DNA of 64,000 nt. Source: Solirubrobacteraceae bacterium. Lineage in GTDB: Bacteria > Actinomycetota > Thermoleophilia > Solirubrobacterales > Solirubrobacteraceae. The DNA lies in assembly GCA_035295205.1 (NCBI GenBank), contig DATGJM010000147.1, forward strand, positions 407 through 64,406. Direction: 5' to 3'. The notes beneath the pieces are model-generated. The model saw only the letters and a program-made list of their open reading frames with translations. It searched no databases and was not told the DNA's origin. Below are positions 10,365-21,542 of this stretch, one piece after another. Made by a program: the position numbers and the translations under genes. The stretch's first letter is position 1. Each line of letters begins with the position of its first letter.

Positions 10365-11948
10365 TCAACGTACGAAAGGCAGCCGGCGCAACAACCGTAG
10401 CGAATAGGTCATCAGCCGCGCCCACCGGCGCGCGCCGATGAGCGCAGGAGGCGCGATCGGCATCAGCCGCTGCACGGAGATGGCCTGGGCCTCGGTGTAC
10501 TTGAGAATGCCGCTCTCTCCATGGCGGCGGCCGAGGCCCGAGTCCTTCATCCCGCCCATCGGCGCATCCACCGACCCCCACGTCGCCACATATCCCTCGT
10601 TGACGTTGACCGTGCCCGCCTGCAGGCGGCTCGCGAGGTCACGGCCGCGGCGCACATCGCGCGTCCAGACGCTGAAGTTCAGGCCGTAGCAGCTGTCGTT
10701 GGCGCGGCGGATCGCCTCCTCCTCGCTGGAGAAGGTCGACAGTGCGACCACCGGCCCGAACGTCTCCTCCGCGAACAGCCGCATGTCCTCGGATACCCCG
10801 GTGAGGACGGTCGGCTCATAGAAATAGGGGCCGAGGTCAGGACGCGCCCGGCCGCCGGTGAGCACGCGCGCGCCCTTGGCCACCGCGTCGGCGACGTGCT
10901 CGGTGACCGAAGCAAGCTGCTGCTCGGAGATCAGCGAGCCCATGTCGAACTCGTAGCTCAGCCCGGGACCGAGCTTCATCTTCCGCACGCGATCGACAAG
11001 GCGGTCGGTGAACTGAGGCGCAACCTTCTCGTGCACGAGCAGGCGCTCGATCGAAATGCAGAGCTGGCCCGCGTTCGAGAACATCGCGCGCTCAGCTCCC
11101 TCGACCGCGCGCTGCAGGTTCGCGTCCTCGAGCACGAGCATCGCGTTCTTCCCGCCCAGCTCCATCGAGCTCGGGATCAGGCGCTGCGCGGCCTGGCTGG
11201 CGACCTGACGTCCCGTGGCAGTGCTCCCCGTGAACATCACATAGTCAACGCGGCCGATCAGTTCGGGACCGAGTTCGGTACCCGCGCCCGTGATGACCTG
11301 GATCAGCTCGGCCGGCAGGCCCGCCTCCTCGAGCAGCGCCGCGCCCTGCAGCGCGCTGAACGGCGTCTTCGAGTCGGCCTTGATGACCACCGCGTTCCCC
11401 GCCGCCAGCGCCGGCACCGAGTCGCTGATGCTGAGGGTCAGCGGATAGTTCCAGGGGGAGATCACGCCCACGACGCCGACCGGGTGGTGGTATTCCCATG
11501 TCGCCGTGAGCAGGGGAAGGGCGCCGCGCCGCCGGCGCGTGCGCAGGTGCCGGTGGGCGGTGTTGGCGTAGTAGCGCGCGACGATCGCGGCATCGAGGAT
11601 CTCCTCGAAGGCATGGCGCCGGGCCTTGCCCGACTCGAGCTGGATCACGTCCAGGAGCTCGTCCTGCCGCTCGAGCACGAGGTCGTGGAAGCGCAGCAGA
11701 ATCGTCCGCCGCGTGCCGAAGTCGGTGCGCCGCCAGCTCTGCTGAGCACTTCGGGCGCGGGCGACCGCCAGCTCCACATCGGCGGCGGTGCAGCGCGGCG
11801 TGCTCGCCAGCTGCTCGCCCGTGGCCGGATTCAGGATCACCATCGGCTCTCGCTCGCCGCCCGCCCGGGGGACGCGGGTGGCCAGCAGCTCGAAGCGGGA
11901 GGGGGTGGCACGCTCAGAGGCGATGCGCGGCTTGACGGTTACGCTCAT
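10365..11948 (-). CDS. Succinate-semialdehyde dehydrogenase-like ALDH (actinobacterial GabD2 type)
   Basis: ISPWNYP, FTGST, MELGGKN, AGQLCISIER, EETFGPV, VNVNEGY..WGSVDAPMGGMKDSGLGRRHG. Confidence 0.85.
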   Translation of the reverse strand: MSVTVKPRIASERATPSRFELLATRVPRAGGEREPMVILNPATGEQLASTPRCTAADVELAVARARSAQQSWRRTDFGTRRTILLRFHDLVLERQDELLDVIQLESGKARRHAFEEILDAAIVARYYANTAHRHLRTRRRRGALPLLTATWEYHHPVGVVGVISPWNYPLTLSISDSVPALAAGNAVVIKADSKTPFSALQGAALLEEAGLPAELIQVITGAGTELGPELIGRVDYVMFTGSTATGRQVASQAAQRLIPSSMELGGKNAMLVLEDANLQRAVEGAERAMFSNAGQLCISIERLLVHEKVAPQFTDRLVDRVRKMKLGPGLSYEFDMGSLISEQQLASVTEHVADAVAKGARVLTGGRARPDLGPYFYEPTVLTGVSEDMRLFAEETFGPVVALSTFSSEEEAIRRANDSCYGLNFSVWTRDVRRGRDLASRLQAGTVNVNEGYVATWGSVDAPMGGMKDSGLGRRHGESGILKYTEAQAISVQRLMPIAPPALIGARRWARLMTYSLRLLRRLPFVR

Positions 11949-12016
11949 CGTCCCAAGTCAAGCATGGGCCAACCGCCCGGGTCGCCACTGGCCTCGGGAC
12001 CCGCGGCGTTACTCGA

Positions 12017-14242
12017 CTAGCCGACGGGCTCGAGCGAAGCCAGCGCGTCGTTCAGGGTCTGGCTCGGGCGCATGACCGCGGCCACCCGGTCGAGATCGGG
12101 GTGGTAGTAGCCGCCAATGTCGGCCGGCGAGCCCTGAACAGCGCCCAGCTCGTCCACGATCGTTCCCTCTTCTTCGCTCAGCCGTTGCGCGAGCGGAGCG
12201 AAGCGCTCGGCGAGCTCTGGATCGGAATCCTGGCCCGCCAGCTCCTGCGCCCAGTACAGCGCGAGATAGAAGTGACTTCCGCGGGTGTCCAGCTCCCCGG
12301 TCTTGCGCGAGGGGGTGCGGTTCTGCTCGAGCACGCGACCCGTGGCGCGGTCGAGTGTCTCCGCCAGGATCGTGGCGCTGGGGTTCTCCGTCTTCTCGGC
12401 GAGCAGCTCGAGTGACGGGCCCAGGGCCAGGAATTCACCCAGCGAGTCCCAGCGCAGGTGGTTCTCGCGCAGCAGTTGCTGGACGTGCTTCGGCGCCGAC
12501 CCGCCGGCCCCGGTCTCGAACAGGCCGCCGCCGGCCAGCAGAGGCACGATCGAGAGCATCTTGGCGCTCGTGCCGAGCTCGAGGATCGGGAACAGGTCGG
12601 TCAGGTAGTCGCGAAGCACGTTGCCGGTGACCGAGATCGTGTCCTCGCCGCGGCGGGCGCGCTCGAGGGTGAACGAGGCCGCCGAGGCCACGTCGCGGAT
12701 CTCGATCTGCAGGCCGTCGGTGTCCTGCTCATCGAGTGCGGGCCTCACCTTCTTGAGGAGCTCGGCGTCATGAGCTCGCGTCTCGTCCAGCCAGAACACG
12801 GCCGGGGCTCCCGTGGCCCGCGCCCGCGCCACCGCGAGTCGCACCCAGTCGCGGATCGGCGCGTCCTTGGTCTGGCACATCCGCCAGATGTCGCCGCTCT
12901 CCACCTCGTGCTCGAGCAGGGTGTGACCGTTCCGATCGACGACCCGCACGCTTCCGGCCTCGCTGAGCTCGAACGTCTTGTCATGGGAGCCGTATTCCTC
13001 GGCCGCCTGGGCCATCAGCCCTACGTTGGGGGTCGTCCCCATCGTCGCGGGGTTGAACGCGCCGTGCTCGCGGCAGTGCTCGACGGCGGCGGCATAGACG
13101 GGGGCGTAGGAGTGGTCGGGGATCACGAACTTCGTGTCCTGCTGCTCGCCGCGCGCGTTCCACATCTGGCCCGAGGAGCGGATCGCCGCCGGCATCGAGG
13201 CGTCGATGATCACGTCGCTCGGGACGTGCAGATTCGTGATGCCGCGCTCGGAGTCGACCATCGCCAGCGGCGGACCGTCTTCGTACGCCTGCTGGATGGA
13301 TTGCTCGATCGCCTGGCGATCGGACGCGTCCAGGCGCTCGATCGACCGCAGGAGCGCCGCCAGTCCGTCGTTGGGGTCGACGCCTGCCGATGTGAGCTCC
13401 GCCCCGTGCTCGGCGAACACGCGGGCGAAGTAGGCCTTCACGGCATGGCCGAAGATGATCGGGTCCGAGACCTTCATCATCGTCGCCTTCAGGTGCACGG
13501 AGAACAGGACGCCCTGCTCCTTGGCCTCGGCCACCTGCTCGGCCAGGAACGTCTCGAGCTGCGCGCGGCGCATCACCGCGGCGTCGAGCACCTCGCCGGC
13601 CTGGATCGCGAGGCCCTCCTTCAGCACCGTGGAGGTGCCGTCCGAGCCGACGTGCTCGATCCGGACCTCGGTGGCCTCGGGGACGGTCACCGAGCGCTCG
13701 GTGGAGCGGAAGTCCCCGTCGCTCATCGTGGCCACGTGCGAGCGGGAGTCGCTCGACCAGTCGCCCATCGAGTGCGGATGGTTGCGGGCGAACTGCTTGA
13801 CCGAGGCCGGCGCCCGGCGGTCGGAGTTGCCCTGGCGCAGAACGGGGTTCACAGCGCTTCCCTTGACCCGGTCGTAGCGGGCGCGGATCTCCCGCTGCTC
13901 CTCATCAGCGGGATCCTCCGGGTAATCCGGGACCGCGAAGCCCTGCTGCTGCAGCTCGGCGATCGCCGCCTTCAGCTGCGGCGCTGAGGCGCTGATGTTC
14001 GGCAGCTTGATGATGTTCGCGTCGGGTGTCTTGGCCAGCTCGCCGAGCTCCGCCAGAGCGTCCGCGACGCGCTGATCATCGCTCAGGCGGTCGGGGAACT
14101 GGGCCAGGATGCGTGCCGCCAGTGAGATGTCGCGGACCTCGATCTCGGTCCCGGCGGCGGCGCAGAAGGTGCGGATGATCGGCAGCAGCGAGGCGGTGGC
14201 CAGCGCCGGGGCCTCATCGGTGAGCGTGTAGACGATCTTCAT
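12017..14242 (-). CDS. icd: NADP-dependent isocitrate dehydrogenase, monomeric type
   Basis: [73 protein letters not shown]; about 741 aa. Confidence 0.95.
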   Translation of the reverse strand: MKIVYTLTDEAPALATASLLPIIRTFCAAAGTEIEVRDISLAARILAQFPDRLSDDQRVADALAELGELAKTPDANIIKLPNISASAPQLKAAIAELQQQGFAVPDYPEDPADEEQREIRARYDRVKGSAVNPVLRQGNSDRRAPASVKQFARNHPHSMGDWSSDSRSHVATMSDGDFRSTERSVTVPEATEVRIEHVGSDGTSTVLKEGLAIQAGEVLDAAVMRRAQLETFLAEQVAEAKEQGVLFSVHLKATMMKVSDPIIFGHAVKAYFARVFAEHGAELTSAGVDPNDGLAALLRSIERLDASDRQAIEQSIQQAYEDGPPLAMVDSERGITNLHVPSDVIIDASMPAAIRSSGQMWNARGEQQDTKFVIPDHSYAPVYAAAVEHCREHGAFNPATMGTTPNVGLMAQAAEEYGSHDKTFELSEAGSVRVVDRNGHTLLEHEVESGDIWRMCQTKDAPIRDWVRLAVARARATGAPAVFWLDETRAHDAELLKKVRPALDEQDTDGLQIEIRDVASAASFTLERARRGEDTISVTGNVLRDYLTDLFPILELGTSAKMLSIVPLLAGGGLFETGAGGSAPKHVQQLLRENHLRWDSLGEFLALGPSLELLAEKTENPSATILAETLDRATGRVLEQNRTPSRKTGELDTRGSHFYLALYWAQELAGQDSDPELAERFAPLAQRLSEEEGTIVDELGAVQGSPADIGGYYHPDLDRVAAVMRPSQTLNDALASLEPVG

Positions 14243-14276
14243 GTCCGGCTGGAAACTACCCGAGCCGGGACCGCGG

Positions 14277-15173
14277 TCACGTCTCGGCGGGCGCGAGACG
14301 CGGTGCGGGGGCGGGCCGCACTCGCACGGCGGACGTGACGAGCGCGAGCCCCGCAAGCACCACCAGCGCCCCCGCGAGCTCGGCCGCCCCCGGCCGCTCG
14401 CCGAGCGCGATCCAGGCGGTGGCGATGCCGACCGGCGGCACGAGCAGCGTGAACGGCGCCACCCGCGAGGCCGGATGGCGGCGCAGCAGCCAGGTCCAGG
14501 CGCCGAATCCGAACGCCGTCGAGACGATCACCACATAGAGCAGCGCGAGGATGCCGCCGGGCTGCAGATGGCCCAGCGCGTGGCCGATCCGGTGGGAGCC
14601 CTCGAAAATCAGCGAGAGGCCGAACAGCGGCACGGGGGCCACGAGGCTCGACCAGACGAGCAGCGCGAAGGCGTCGGGGGACTTCGCCTGGCGGTTGCAG
14701 ATGTTCCCGACGCCCCATGATCCGGCGGCCGCGATGCACAGCAGGAGCGCGCCGATCGGCACTCCGTGCGCGCGGCCGGCGCCGATCACCGCGATCCCGG
14801 CCACGGCCACTCCGGCGCCCGCGAGCTGCAGCGGGCGCGGGCGCTCGCCCAGGAAGGCCATCGCGAGCGCGATCGTGAACAGGGCCTGAAGCTGGAGCAC
14901 GAGCGAGGCGAGACCTGCGGGCATGCCTCGGTTCATGGCCACGAACAGCAGCGCGAACTGCCCGGTGCTCATGAACAGGCCAACGCCCAGCAGCCACCGC
15001 AGGCGCACCGGCGGGCGGCGCACGAAGAGGACGGCCGGGAACACGAGCAGCGTGAAGCGCAGGCCGGCGAACAGCAGGGGCGGGAATGAAGCCAGCCCGA
15101 CGTGGATGATCACGAAGTTGATGCCCCAGACGATCGTCACGGCGACGGCGAGGAGCACGTGGCGGGTGGGCAT
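14277..15173 (-). CDS. EamA/DMT-family exporter
   Basis: [16 protein letters not shown], two EamA repeats, VAPFTLLVP; divergent from a LysR gene. Confidence 0.9.
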   Translation of the reverse strand: MPTRHVLLAVAVTIVWGINFVIIHVGLASFPPLLFAGLRFTLLVFPAVLFVRRPPVRLRWLLGVGLFMSTGQFALLFVAMNRGMPAGLASLVLQLQALFTIALAMAFLGERPRPLQLAGAGVAVAGIAVIGAGRAHGVPIGALLLCIAAAGSWGVGNICNRQAKSPDAFALLVWSSLVAPVPLFGLSLIFEGSHRIGHALGHLQPGGILALLYVVIVSTAFGFGAWTWLLRRHPASRVAPFTLLVPPVGIATAWIALGERPGAAELAGALVVLAGLALVTSAVRVRPAPAPRLAPAET

Positions 15174-15245
15174 CGACAGACAGACTAGGCGCAGATCGCT
15201 CCAGAGCAACTAGACCTTCTTGACCGAACCCGTAAGCTCAGCTTC

Positions 15246-16163
15246 ATGATCGAGCTGCGCCGCCTGCGCGCCCTGCGCGAGCTCTCGGACCGGGGCACGA
15301 TCGCCGCCGCCGCGGACGCGCTCCACCTCACCCCGTCGGCCGTCTCTCAGCAACTTGCCGCGCTCGAGCAGGAGGTCGGCCAGGCGCTGCTCCAGCCCAA
15401 TGGCCGCTCGGTGCGGCTCACCCCGGCGGCTGAGGCGATCCTGGCCCACGCCGACGCTGTCTTCTCAGAGCTCGAGCGAATGGACGCGACGCTCGCCGCC
15501 CTGGCCGCGGGCGAGCGGGGGACGGTGCGGATCGGATCTTTCGCCACCGGCATCCGCGGTCTGATCGTCCCGGCGGTGGGCTGGCTGCGCGAGCGCGCGC
15601 CGGAGATCGTGCTGCGCGTGGTCGAGTCCGAGGCCCCCGAGGTGTTCCACCTGCTGGCGCGGGGAGATCTCGACGCGGCCATCTCGATGGAGTCAGACAG
15701 CGCTCCCCGCGGCAACGACGAGCGCTTCGTCCGCATCGAGCTGATGGCCGACATACTCGACATCGCCCTGCCCTCGGGCCACCCGCTGGCCGATCGCCAG
15801 GCCGTGCCACTGGCCGCATTGGCCGCAGAGCCGTTCGTCGCCCCGCCGCGCGGCTGGTCCTGCGACGACGTGATCCGCGTCGGCTGCGCAGCAGCCGGCT
15901 TCGCCCCGGCCGTCGCCCACCGCTCGGCCGACTGGACGGCCGTCATGGCGATGGTCGGCGCCGGACTCGGCGTGGCCTGCGTGCCCCGCCTGGCTCAGGA
16001 CGAGCCGCCGCCCGGCGTCACCCTGCGCCCGATCGCAGGCGAGCCGCCGTGCCGGCACCTGTTCGTGGCCTGCCGCCGGGGAGCGGAGGAGCACCCGGCG
16101 CTCAGACTCGTGATCGAGGCCCTCCAAGCGGTCGCGGGACCCGTCGCGCGTTCGCGAACGTAA
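15246..16163 (+). CDS. LysR-family transcriptional regulator
   Basis: HTH GTIAAAADALHLTPSAVSQQLAALE, RSVRLTPA, substrate-binding domain VGAGLGVACVP. Confidence 0.93.
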   Translation: MIELRRLRALRELSDRGTIAAAADALHLTPSAVSQQLAALEQEVGQALLQPNGRSVRLTPAAEAILAHADAVFSELERMDATLAALAAGERGTVRIGSFATGIRGLIVPAVGWLRERAPEIVLRVVESEAPEVFHLLARGDLDAAISMESDSAPRGNDERFVRIELMADILDIALPSGHPLADRQAVPLAALAAEPFVAPPRGWSCDDVIRVGCAAAGFAPAVAHRSADWTAVMAMVGAGLGVACVPRLAQDEPPPGVTLRPIAGEPPCRHLFVACRRGAEEHPALRLVIEALQAVAGPVARSRT

Positions 16164-16170
16164 GCGGGTA

Positions 16171-17001
16171 GTGGCAGGTCGAAGGTGGGTCACCGCTGTC
16201 TGTGCGTTGACGCTGGCCGGATGTGGCGCGAGCGCCGGCCGGCGGCCGACGGGACCCCGGCCGTTCGCCGTTGGGACACCGGTGGCGCCGCGCAAGGTCG
16301 AGGTCATGGGCATCCCCGGCACGCTCGAGCTCCGGGTCTACGACCCCGCCCGGGCCGAACAACCGCCGGTGCTCGTAACGCTCGGCCGCCATCTGGCGCG
16401 CGAGCCGCGTGACGTCTGCTTCGGCGATTGGGTCGCGAACCAGAGCCCCGAGGACGGCGACGTCTCCTGCCAGGTCCGCGGCCCGGAGCCCCTGATGCTC
16501 ACCCTGGGCTCCGGCGCCATCCCGCACTCGAGCCCGGTTGCACGGTTCACGACGCTGTGGGGGCAGGCTGCCACCTCGGTCACGAGCATCGCCCTGGTCC
16601 GGTCGCGCGGCCAGCCCACGCCGCTTCCGCTGTCCGCCCACCGCATGTTCCTGGTCGCCTTCTCGCCCTGGGTGCGTGGCGCTTTCACGCTCGTCGCGCG
16701 GCTCGCCGGCGGCGGCTCCTTCGGCCACGCGTTCACGCTCCCGCTCACCCGCGGCGAGTCCGGAGCGTGGCCGCGCGTGAGCCGGCGCGGCGCGGTCTCG
16801 AACTCCGGCATCGGCGAGAACATCGTCCAGGAGTCCTACCGCCAGCTCGTGCGCCAGTTCGGCCCGCCACTGAGGAGCTTCAAGCGAGCCCATGGGGTGC
16901 GCTGCATCTACTACGACATCGTCGGCTACGCGAACGGCTGGGAGTTCTGCTTCCACGGCCAGGTCATGACCGCCGCGCAGGGCAACACGCCGGCGCCGTA
17001 A
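16171..17001 (+). CDS. Hypothetical lipoprotein
   Basis: Lipobox LAG-C after a basic/hydrophobic leader; fills the gap between LysR and the ABC operon. Confidence 0.6.
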   Translation: MAGRRWVTAVCALTLAGCGASAGRRPTGPRPFAVGTPVAPRKVEVMGIPGTLELRVYDPARAEQPPVLVTLGRHLAREPRDVCFGDWVANQSPEDGDVSCQVRGPEPLMLTLGSGAIPHSSPVARFTTLWGQAATSVTSIALVRSRGQPTPLPLSAHRMFLVAFSPWVRGAFTLVARLAGGGSFGHAFTLPLTRGESGAWPRVSRRGAVSNSGIGENIVQESYRQLVRQFGPPLRSFKRAHGVRCIYYDIVGYANGWEFCFHGQVMTAAQGNTPAP

Positions 17002-17054
17002 AACGCGGTCCGGGGCGACCGCAGAACGGCCGCCCCGGACCTCACCCAGGAGGG

Positions 17055-18110
17055 CTAGCTGGTGTAGCCCTCGAGCTTGTTGGCCGCGATCGCGAACGAG
17101 TTCGTGTACGTGGCGGCCAGGTTGACCGGACCGGTGACGTTGCCGACCAGCTTCTCCACCGCCAGCGACGTGGCCGGACCGGAGGGTGGCATCAGGCCGT
17201 TCGGCAGGAACTGGCCCTTGTCGGTGGCCAGCTCCGAGATGTACGCGGCCTTCGTGGTCAGACCGTTGGACACGAACGCCGGCGGCATCGCGTCGGCGAT
17301 CTGGGCAGCGCTGTGCGTGGCGATCCAGTGCATCGTGGCCACCAGCGCGTCGACGACCTTCTGGACAACCGCCTTGTGCGATGCCACCCAGTCGGCGCGT
17401 GCAAGCACGCCCGCCGCCGGATACGCGCCGCCGAGCCACTTCTGAGCGCCCGCGGTCGTGGCCAGGTCGATCGCCGAGTAGCCCACGCCGCGGCTCTCAA
17501 CCGCACCCGCCGTCGGCTGGGAGGTCATGCCGCAGACGATGCGGTTGTTCTGCAGGGCGGCCAGGAACGTCGGGCCGGCGCCGACGGCGGCGCGGTTGAA
17601 GTCCTTGGTCGTCAGCCCGGCGCGCGTGGCCAGGTACCGGGTGAGGCTGTCAGTGCCTGAGCCGATGTCGGTGACGCCGACCGTCTTGCCCTTCCACTGC
17701 GCGGCCGAGGTCACATTCGAGCCCTTCGTGCACATCTCCCGCTCGCCGGGCGCGCCTGAGAGCTGAACCACGTCGATGACGTCCTTGCCCTTGGCCTGGA
17801 AGTCGATCGTGTGGTTGTACCAGGCGCCGGCCATGTCGACCTGCCCTGAGGCCATCGCGTCCTCGGCCCCGACGCCGCCGTTCTGCTCGGTCGACAGCTG
17901 CACGTTCACGCCGTACTTCTTGTAGAAGCCGAGATCCTGCGCGAGCTGGTAGGGCAGGTAGATCTGCTTGTCGATGCCGCCGACCATCAGGCTGACGGTT
18001 GGCATCCCGGTGGTACCGGCGGTGGCCGAGCCGGAGCTCGATCCGCCGCAGGCGGCCACGCCGGCGGCCAGTGCGGTTGCGCACGCGAGCGCAAGCATTC
18101 GCTTGAACAT
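17055..18110 (-). CDS. ABC transporter substrate-binding lipoprotein (NitT/TauT family)
   Basis: Lipobox VAAC; VGGIDKQIYLP, GKTVGVTDIGSGT. Confidence 0.88.
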   Translation of the reverse strand: MFKRMLALACATALAAGVAACGGSSSGSATAGTTGMPTVSLMVGGIDKQIYLPYQLAQDLGFYKKYGVNVQLSTEQNGGVGAEDAMASGQVDMAGAWYNHTIDFQAKGKDVIDVVQLSGAPGEREMCTKGSNVTSAAQWKGKTVGVTDIGSGTDSLTRYLATRAGLTTKDFNRAAVGAGPTFLAALQNNRIVCGMTSQPTAGAVESRGVGYSAIDLATTAGAQKWLGGAYPAAGVLARADWVASHKAVVQKVVDALVATMHWIATHSAAQIADAMPPAFVSNGLTTKAAYISELATDKGQFLPNGLMPPSGPATSLAVEKLVGNVTGPVNLAATYTNSFAIAANKLEGYTS

Positions 18111-18138
18111 GGGTGTTTCTCCTCCGATGGGTGTGTTG

Positions 18139-18936
18139 TCAGACGCCGCTGGCTTCGGTGACGGGGGCCGGCCGCCAGGCCAGCACCCGCCGCTCGAACG
18201 CGGTTATCAACCCCTCCGCGGTGAGCGCCACGACCGCGATGATCAGCATCGCTGCGAAGACACCGTTGGGGTTGAAGTTGTTCTGGGCGGTGATGATCAC
18301 CAGCCCGAGACCGTGCTGGGAGCCCAGGATCTCGCCCACGATCGCCCCGATGATCGAGAAGCCGAAGGCGACGTGGAGGCTCGCGATGATCCACGTGAGC
18401 GCCGAGGGCAGAACCACGTGGCGCACGATCGCCAGCCGCGAGGCGCCCATCACGCGGGCGTTGGCGACCAGGTTGCGGTCCACTTCGCGCACGCCCTGGA
18501 AGGCGTTGAAGAAGACCACGAAGAACACGAGCACTGCGGCCAGCAGGACCTTCGAGCTGGTGCCCAGCCCGAACGCGACCGTGAAGATCGTGCCCAGCAC
18601 GATGCGCGGGATCGCGTTGACGATCTTGATGTACGGCCCGAGCACTTCGGCCAGGAACCGCACCTGGCCGAGCAGCACGCCGCAGGCCACACCGGCCAGC
18701 ACCCCGTAGACGAACCCGAGCAGGGCCTCCTTCATCGTGACCCAGAGCTGGTACCAGATCGATCCGTACTCGGTCCCGTGCGAGATCCAGTCACCGAGCT
18801 GCTTGACGATGCCGGTCGGCTGGCCGTAGAAGAACGGGTCGACGATCTTCAGGGCCGTGAACAGCTGCCAGCCGCCGACCACGATCACGAGCGTGGCCGC
18901 GCGGGCGGCCCAGATGAGGGCGCGACGGCGCGTCAT
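18139..18936 (-). CDS. ABC transporter permease (NitT/TauT family)
   Basis: NAIPRIVL, EAA-like ANARVMGAS..RHVVLPSA, GAIVGE..GLG; coupled to the ATPase stop by an ATGA overlap. Confidence 0.9.
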   Translation of the reverse strand: MTRRRALIWAARAATLVIVVGGWQLFTALKIVDPFFYGQPTGIVKQLGDWISHGTEYGSIWYQLWVTMKEALLGFVYGVLAGVACGVLLGQVRFLAEVLGPYIKIVNAIPRIVLGTIFTVAFGLGTSSKVLLAAVLVFFVVFFNAFQGVREVDRNLVANARVMGASRLAIVRHVVLPSALTWIIASLHVAFGFSIIGAIVGEILGSQHGLGLVIITAQNNFNPNGVFAAMLIIAVVALTAEGLITAFERRVLAWRPAPVTEASGV

Positions 18937-19790
18937 GACTGCCTCCCTTCGGCTTGGCGGGCGTAGGCGCGCTGCACCTCTTCGCGCAGCGACTCCCAGA
19001 TCTGCTGGTGGAGCTCCAGGAAACGGGGCTCGAAGCGGATCTCCTGCACGGCGCCACGGGGCCGCGGCAGATCGATCTCGTAGGAGGCCTTGACCGTGCC
19101 CGGCCCGGCGGTCATAACCACCACGCGGTCGGCGAGCGCCACCGCCTCTTCGAGGTCGTGGGTGACGAAGATCACCGACGGCCGCGTCTGCTCCCAGAGG
19201 CCGAGCAGCTCGTTGGACATGATCGCCTTGGTCTGCACGTCGAGCGCGCCGAAGGGTTCGTCCATGAGCAGGATCGAGGGATCGTTTATGAGGGCCGCCG
19301 CCAGGCTCACGCGCTTGCGCATGCCGCCCGAGAGCTGGTGAGGATGGCGATCCTCGAAGCCGCTGAGGCCGACCCGCCGCAGCCAATCGCGCGCCTGGGT
19401 CTGAGCCTCCTTCTTCGCCACTCCGCGGAACACCGGGCCCATGGCCACGTTGCCGAGCACCGACTTCCACGGCAGCAGGGCGTCGGCCTGGAACATGAAG
19501 CTCGTGTCGCGCACGATCCCCGTGATTGGACGACCGCCCACCTGCACCGTGCCGGCGCTCGGCTTCTCGAGCCCCGCGACCATCGTCAGGGTCGTCGACT
19601 TGCCGCAGCCCGTGGGCCCGACGACAGCGCAGAACTGGCCGGGCTCGATCTCGAGGTCGACATCTCGCAGGGCTGTGAACGTGTCGCCGGACGGCGTAAT
19701 GAAACGTTTGCTGACTCCCGTGAGCTCGATTCGAAGGGCTCGGGATGCCGAGCGCTCGCGCCGGAGCTCCGGGACGCTGGTGACCAACAT
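18933..19790 (-). CDS. ABC transporter ATP-binding protein (NitT/TauT family)
   Basis: Walker A GPTGCGKST, signature LSGGMRKR, Walker B LLMDEPFGALD, VTHD; RBS CAGGAGGAG. Confidence 0.93.
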   Translation of the reverse strand: MLVTSVPELRRERSASRALRIELTGVSKRFITPSGDTFTALRDVDLEIEPGQFCAVVGPTGCGKSTTLTMVAGLEKPSAGTVQVGGRPITGIVRDTSFMFQADALLPWKSVLGNVAMGPVFRGVAKKEAQTQARDWLRRVGLSGFEDRHPHQLSGGMRKRVSLAAALINDPSILLMDEPFGALDVQTKAIMSNELLGLWEQTRPSVIFVTHDLEEAVALADRVVVMTAGPGTVKASYEIDLPRPRGAVQEIRFEPRFLELHQQIWESLREEVQRAYARQAEGRQS

Positions 19791-19893
19791 GTGTCTGCTC
19801 TCCTCCTGGGTGAGTTCACACACCAGCTAAGAGGCCGCGGCGCCGCGCGACAAGGCTTCTGCCGCTTACCCGACTAAGCCGCGTTTCCGGGGG

Positions 19894-19911
19894 TTTTGCG
19901 CATTTTGTGCA
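19894..19911. promoter_or_regulatory. Tandem 9-bp repeat, candidate response-regulator binding site
   Basis: TTTTGCGCA TTTTGTGCA in the divergent spacer between the ABC operon and the CitAB-type system. Confidence 0.45.
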
Positions 19912-19946
19912 CGGCTTCCGGGGTTACACTCGGCTGTCGTACGCGC

Positions 19947-21542
19947 ATGAGACGCACGCGCCAGCTCTCCAGCCGGATCCTGATCAGCGTCGTCGCCATC
20001 CTGACGGTGACCATTGCGATCGGCTTCGGGCTGGTCGTCCTCGAGCAGCGCCGAGGGCTGGATCACCAGTACCAGCTGCGGGCGCTGGCCATCGCCAACA
20101 CGTTCGCGGCAACCCCGTCGATCCGCACCGCCATGAGCCGCCTCGACGCGTCGGACCGGCGCCTGATCCGCACGCTGGCCGACCAGGTCCAGCAGGAGAC
20201 CGGTGCCAGCTACATCGTGGTCATCGGACCCAACGAGGTGCGGTACTCGCACCCCAATCCGAAGCTGATCGGAAAGCCGACAGGAGAGCCCGTGGTGGCG
20301 CTCGACGGCCATAGCCACCTGCGGGTCGACCACGGGAGCCTCGGGTTGTCGGCAAACGCCAGGGTGCCGATCTGGGCGCCGGGGGGTGGGCGGGTGATCG
20401 GCGAGGTCTCGGCCGGCATCCCCGAGCGACAGGTGTCAAACCAGCTGCTGTCCCAGCTCCCGACGCTCATCCTGTACTTCGCGTTCGCGCTCGGGATCGG
20501 GCTCGTCGCCTCGCTCACGCTGGCCCGCCGGCTGAAGCGAACCACGTTCGGCCTCGAGCTCGAGGAGATCGCTGCTCTGGTTCAGGAGCGCGAGGCGATG
20601 CTTCACGGGATCCGCGAAGGGGTCATTGCGCTCGACCGCGCCGGCCGTGTGACGTTGATCAACGACGAGGCACGGCGCCTGATTCCAGTCGGCGACGAGA
20701 TCGTCGGCCATCACCTCGGAGAGCTGATTCCCGAGGGGCGGCTGCGCGATCTCCTGGTCGGGAGCCTGCCCGGCGAGGACCAGCTGGTGTTGACCGACGA
20801 GCACATCCTGGTGGTCAATCGCATGCCCGTATCCCGAGATGGCCGTGACCTGGGGGCGGTGATCACTCTGCGCGACCGCACCGAGCTCGAGGCGTTGCTC
20901 CGGGAGCTCGACGGCGTCGACGCGCTGACAAATGCCCTCCGTGCTCAGCAGCACGAGTTCGCCAACCGTATGCACACGCTGGCCGGGCTGATCGGCCTGG
21001 GCGAGCACGATGCCGCTGCTCGCTACGCGCTCGATGTCTCGAGCTCGAGCGGGGGGCTGGCCGAAGACCTGCGTGCCAGGATCGAGCGGCCGGAGATCGC
21101 CGCCATGCTCCTGGCCAAGACGACGATCGCCGCGGAGCGTGACGTCGAGCTGCTGGTCACGGACGAGTCGCGGCTGGCCGACGGTGGCGTCGAGACGAAC
21201 ATGCTCCTGACGATCGTCGGCAACCTGATCGACAACGCCATCGACGCCGCCGCCGGCGGCGCCCAGCCGGCGCGGGTGACGGTCGGACTGGTGTCCGGCG
21301 AGGACGGGGTTGCGATCACGGTCAGCGACAGCGGTCCCGGGGTGCCGCCCGGCGTCGCGGCGCAGATCTTCGCCGATGGCTTCACGACCAAACCGGCCGA
21401 GGGCGCGCGCCACCGCGGACTCGGCCTGGCGCTCGTGCATCGCCTCGTGCATCGAGCGCACGGCACCATCTCGGTCGAAGGCTCGACCTTCGCGGTGCGC
21501 CTGCCCGTCGCGGCCCCCGGCCGAGTCGAGGTGGGCGCGTGA
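19947..21542 (+). CDS. CitA/DcuS-family sensor histidine kinase
   Basis: Extracellular Cache with RYSHP and GSLG, PAS (IREGVIALD), H-box LRAQQHEFANRMH, GNLIDNAID, DSGPG, GFTTK, GLGL. Confidence 0.92.
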   Translation: MRRTRQLSSRILISVVAILTVTIAIGFGLVVLEQRRGLDHQYQLRALAIANTFAATPSIRTAMSRLDASDRRLIRTLADQVQQETGASYIVVIGPNEVRYSHPNPKLIGKPTGEPVVALDGHSHLRVDHGSLGLSANARVPIWAPGGGRVIGEVSAGIPERQVSNQLLSQLPTLILYFAFALGIGLVASLTLARRLKRTTFGLELEEIAALVQEREAMLHGIREGVIALDRAGRVTLINDEARRLIPVGDEIVGHHLGELIPEGRLRDLLVGSLPGEDQLVLTDEHILVVNRMPVSRDGRDLGAVITLRDRTELEALLRELDGVDALTNALRAQQHEFANRMHTLAGLIGLGEHDAAARYALDVSSSSGGLAEDLRARIERPEIAAMLLAKTTIAAERDVELLVTDESRLADGGVETNMLLTIVGNLIDNAIDAAAGGAQPARVTVGLVSGEDGVAITVSDSGPGVPPGVAAQIFADGFTTKPAEGARHRGLGLALVHRLVHRAHGTISVEGSTFAVRLPVAAPGRVEVGA

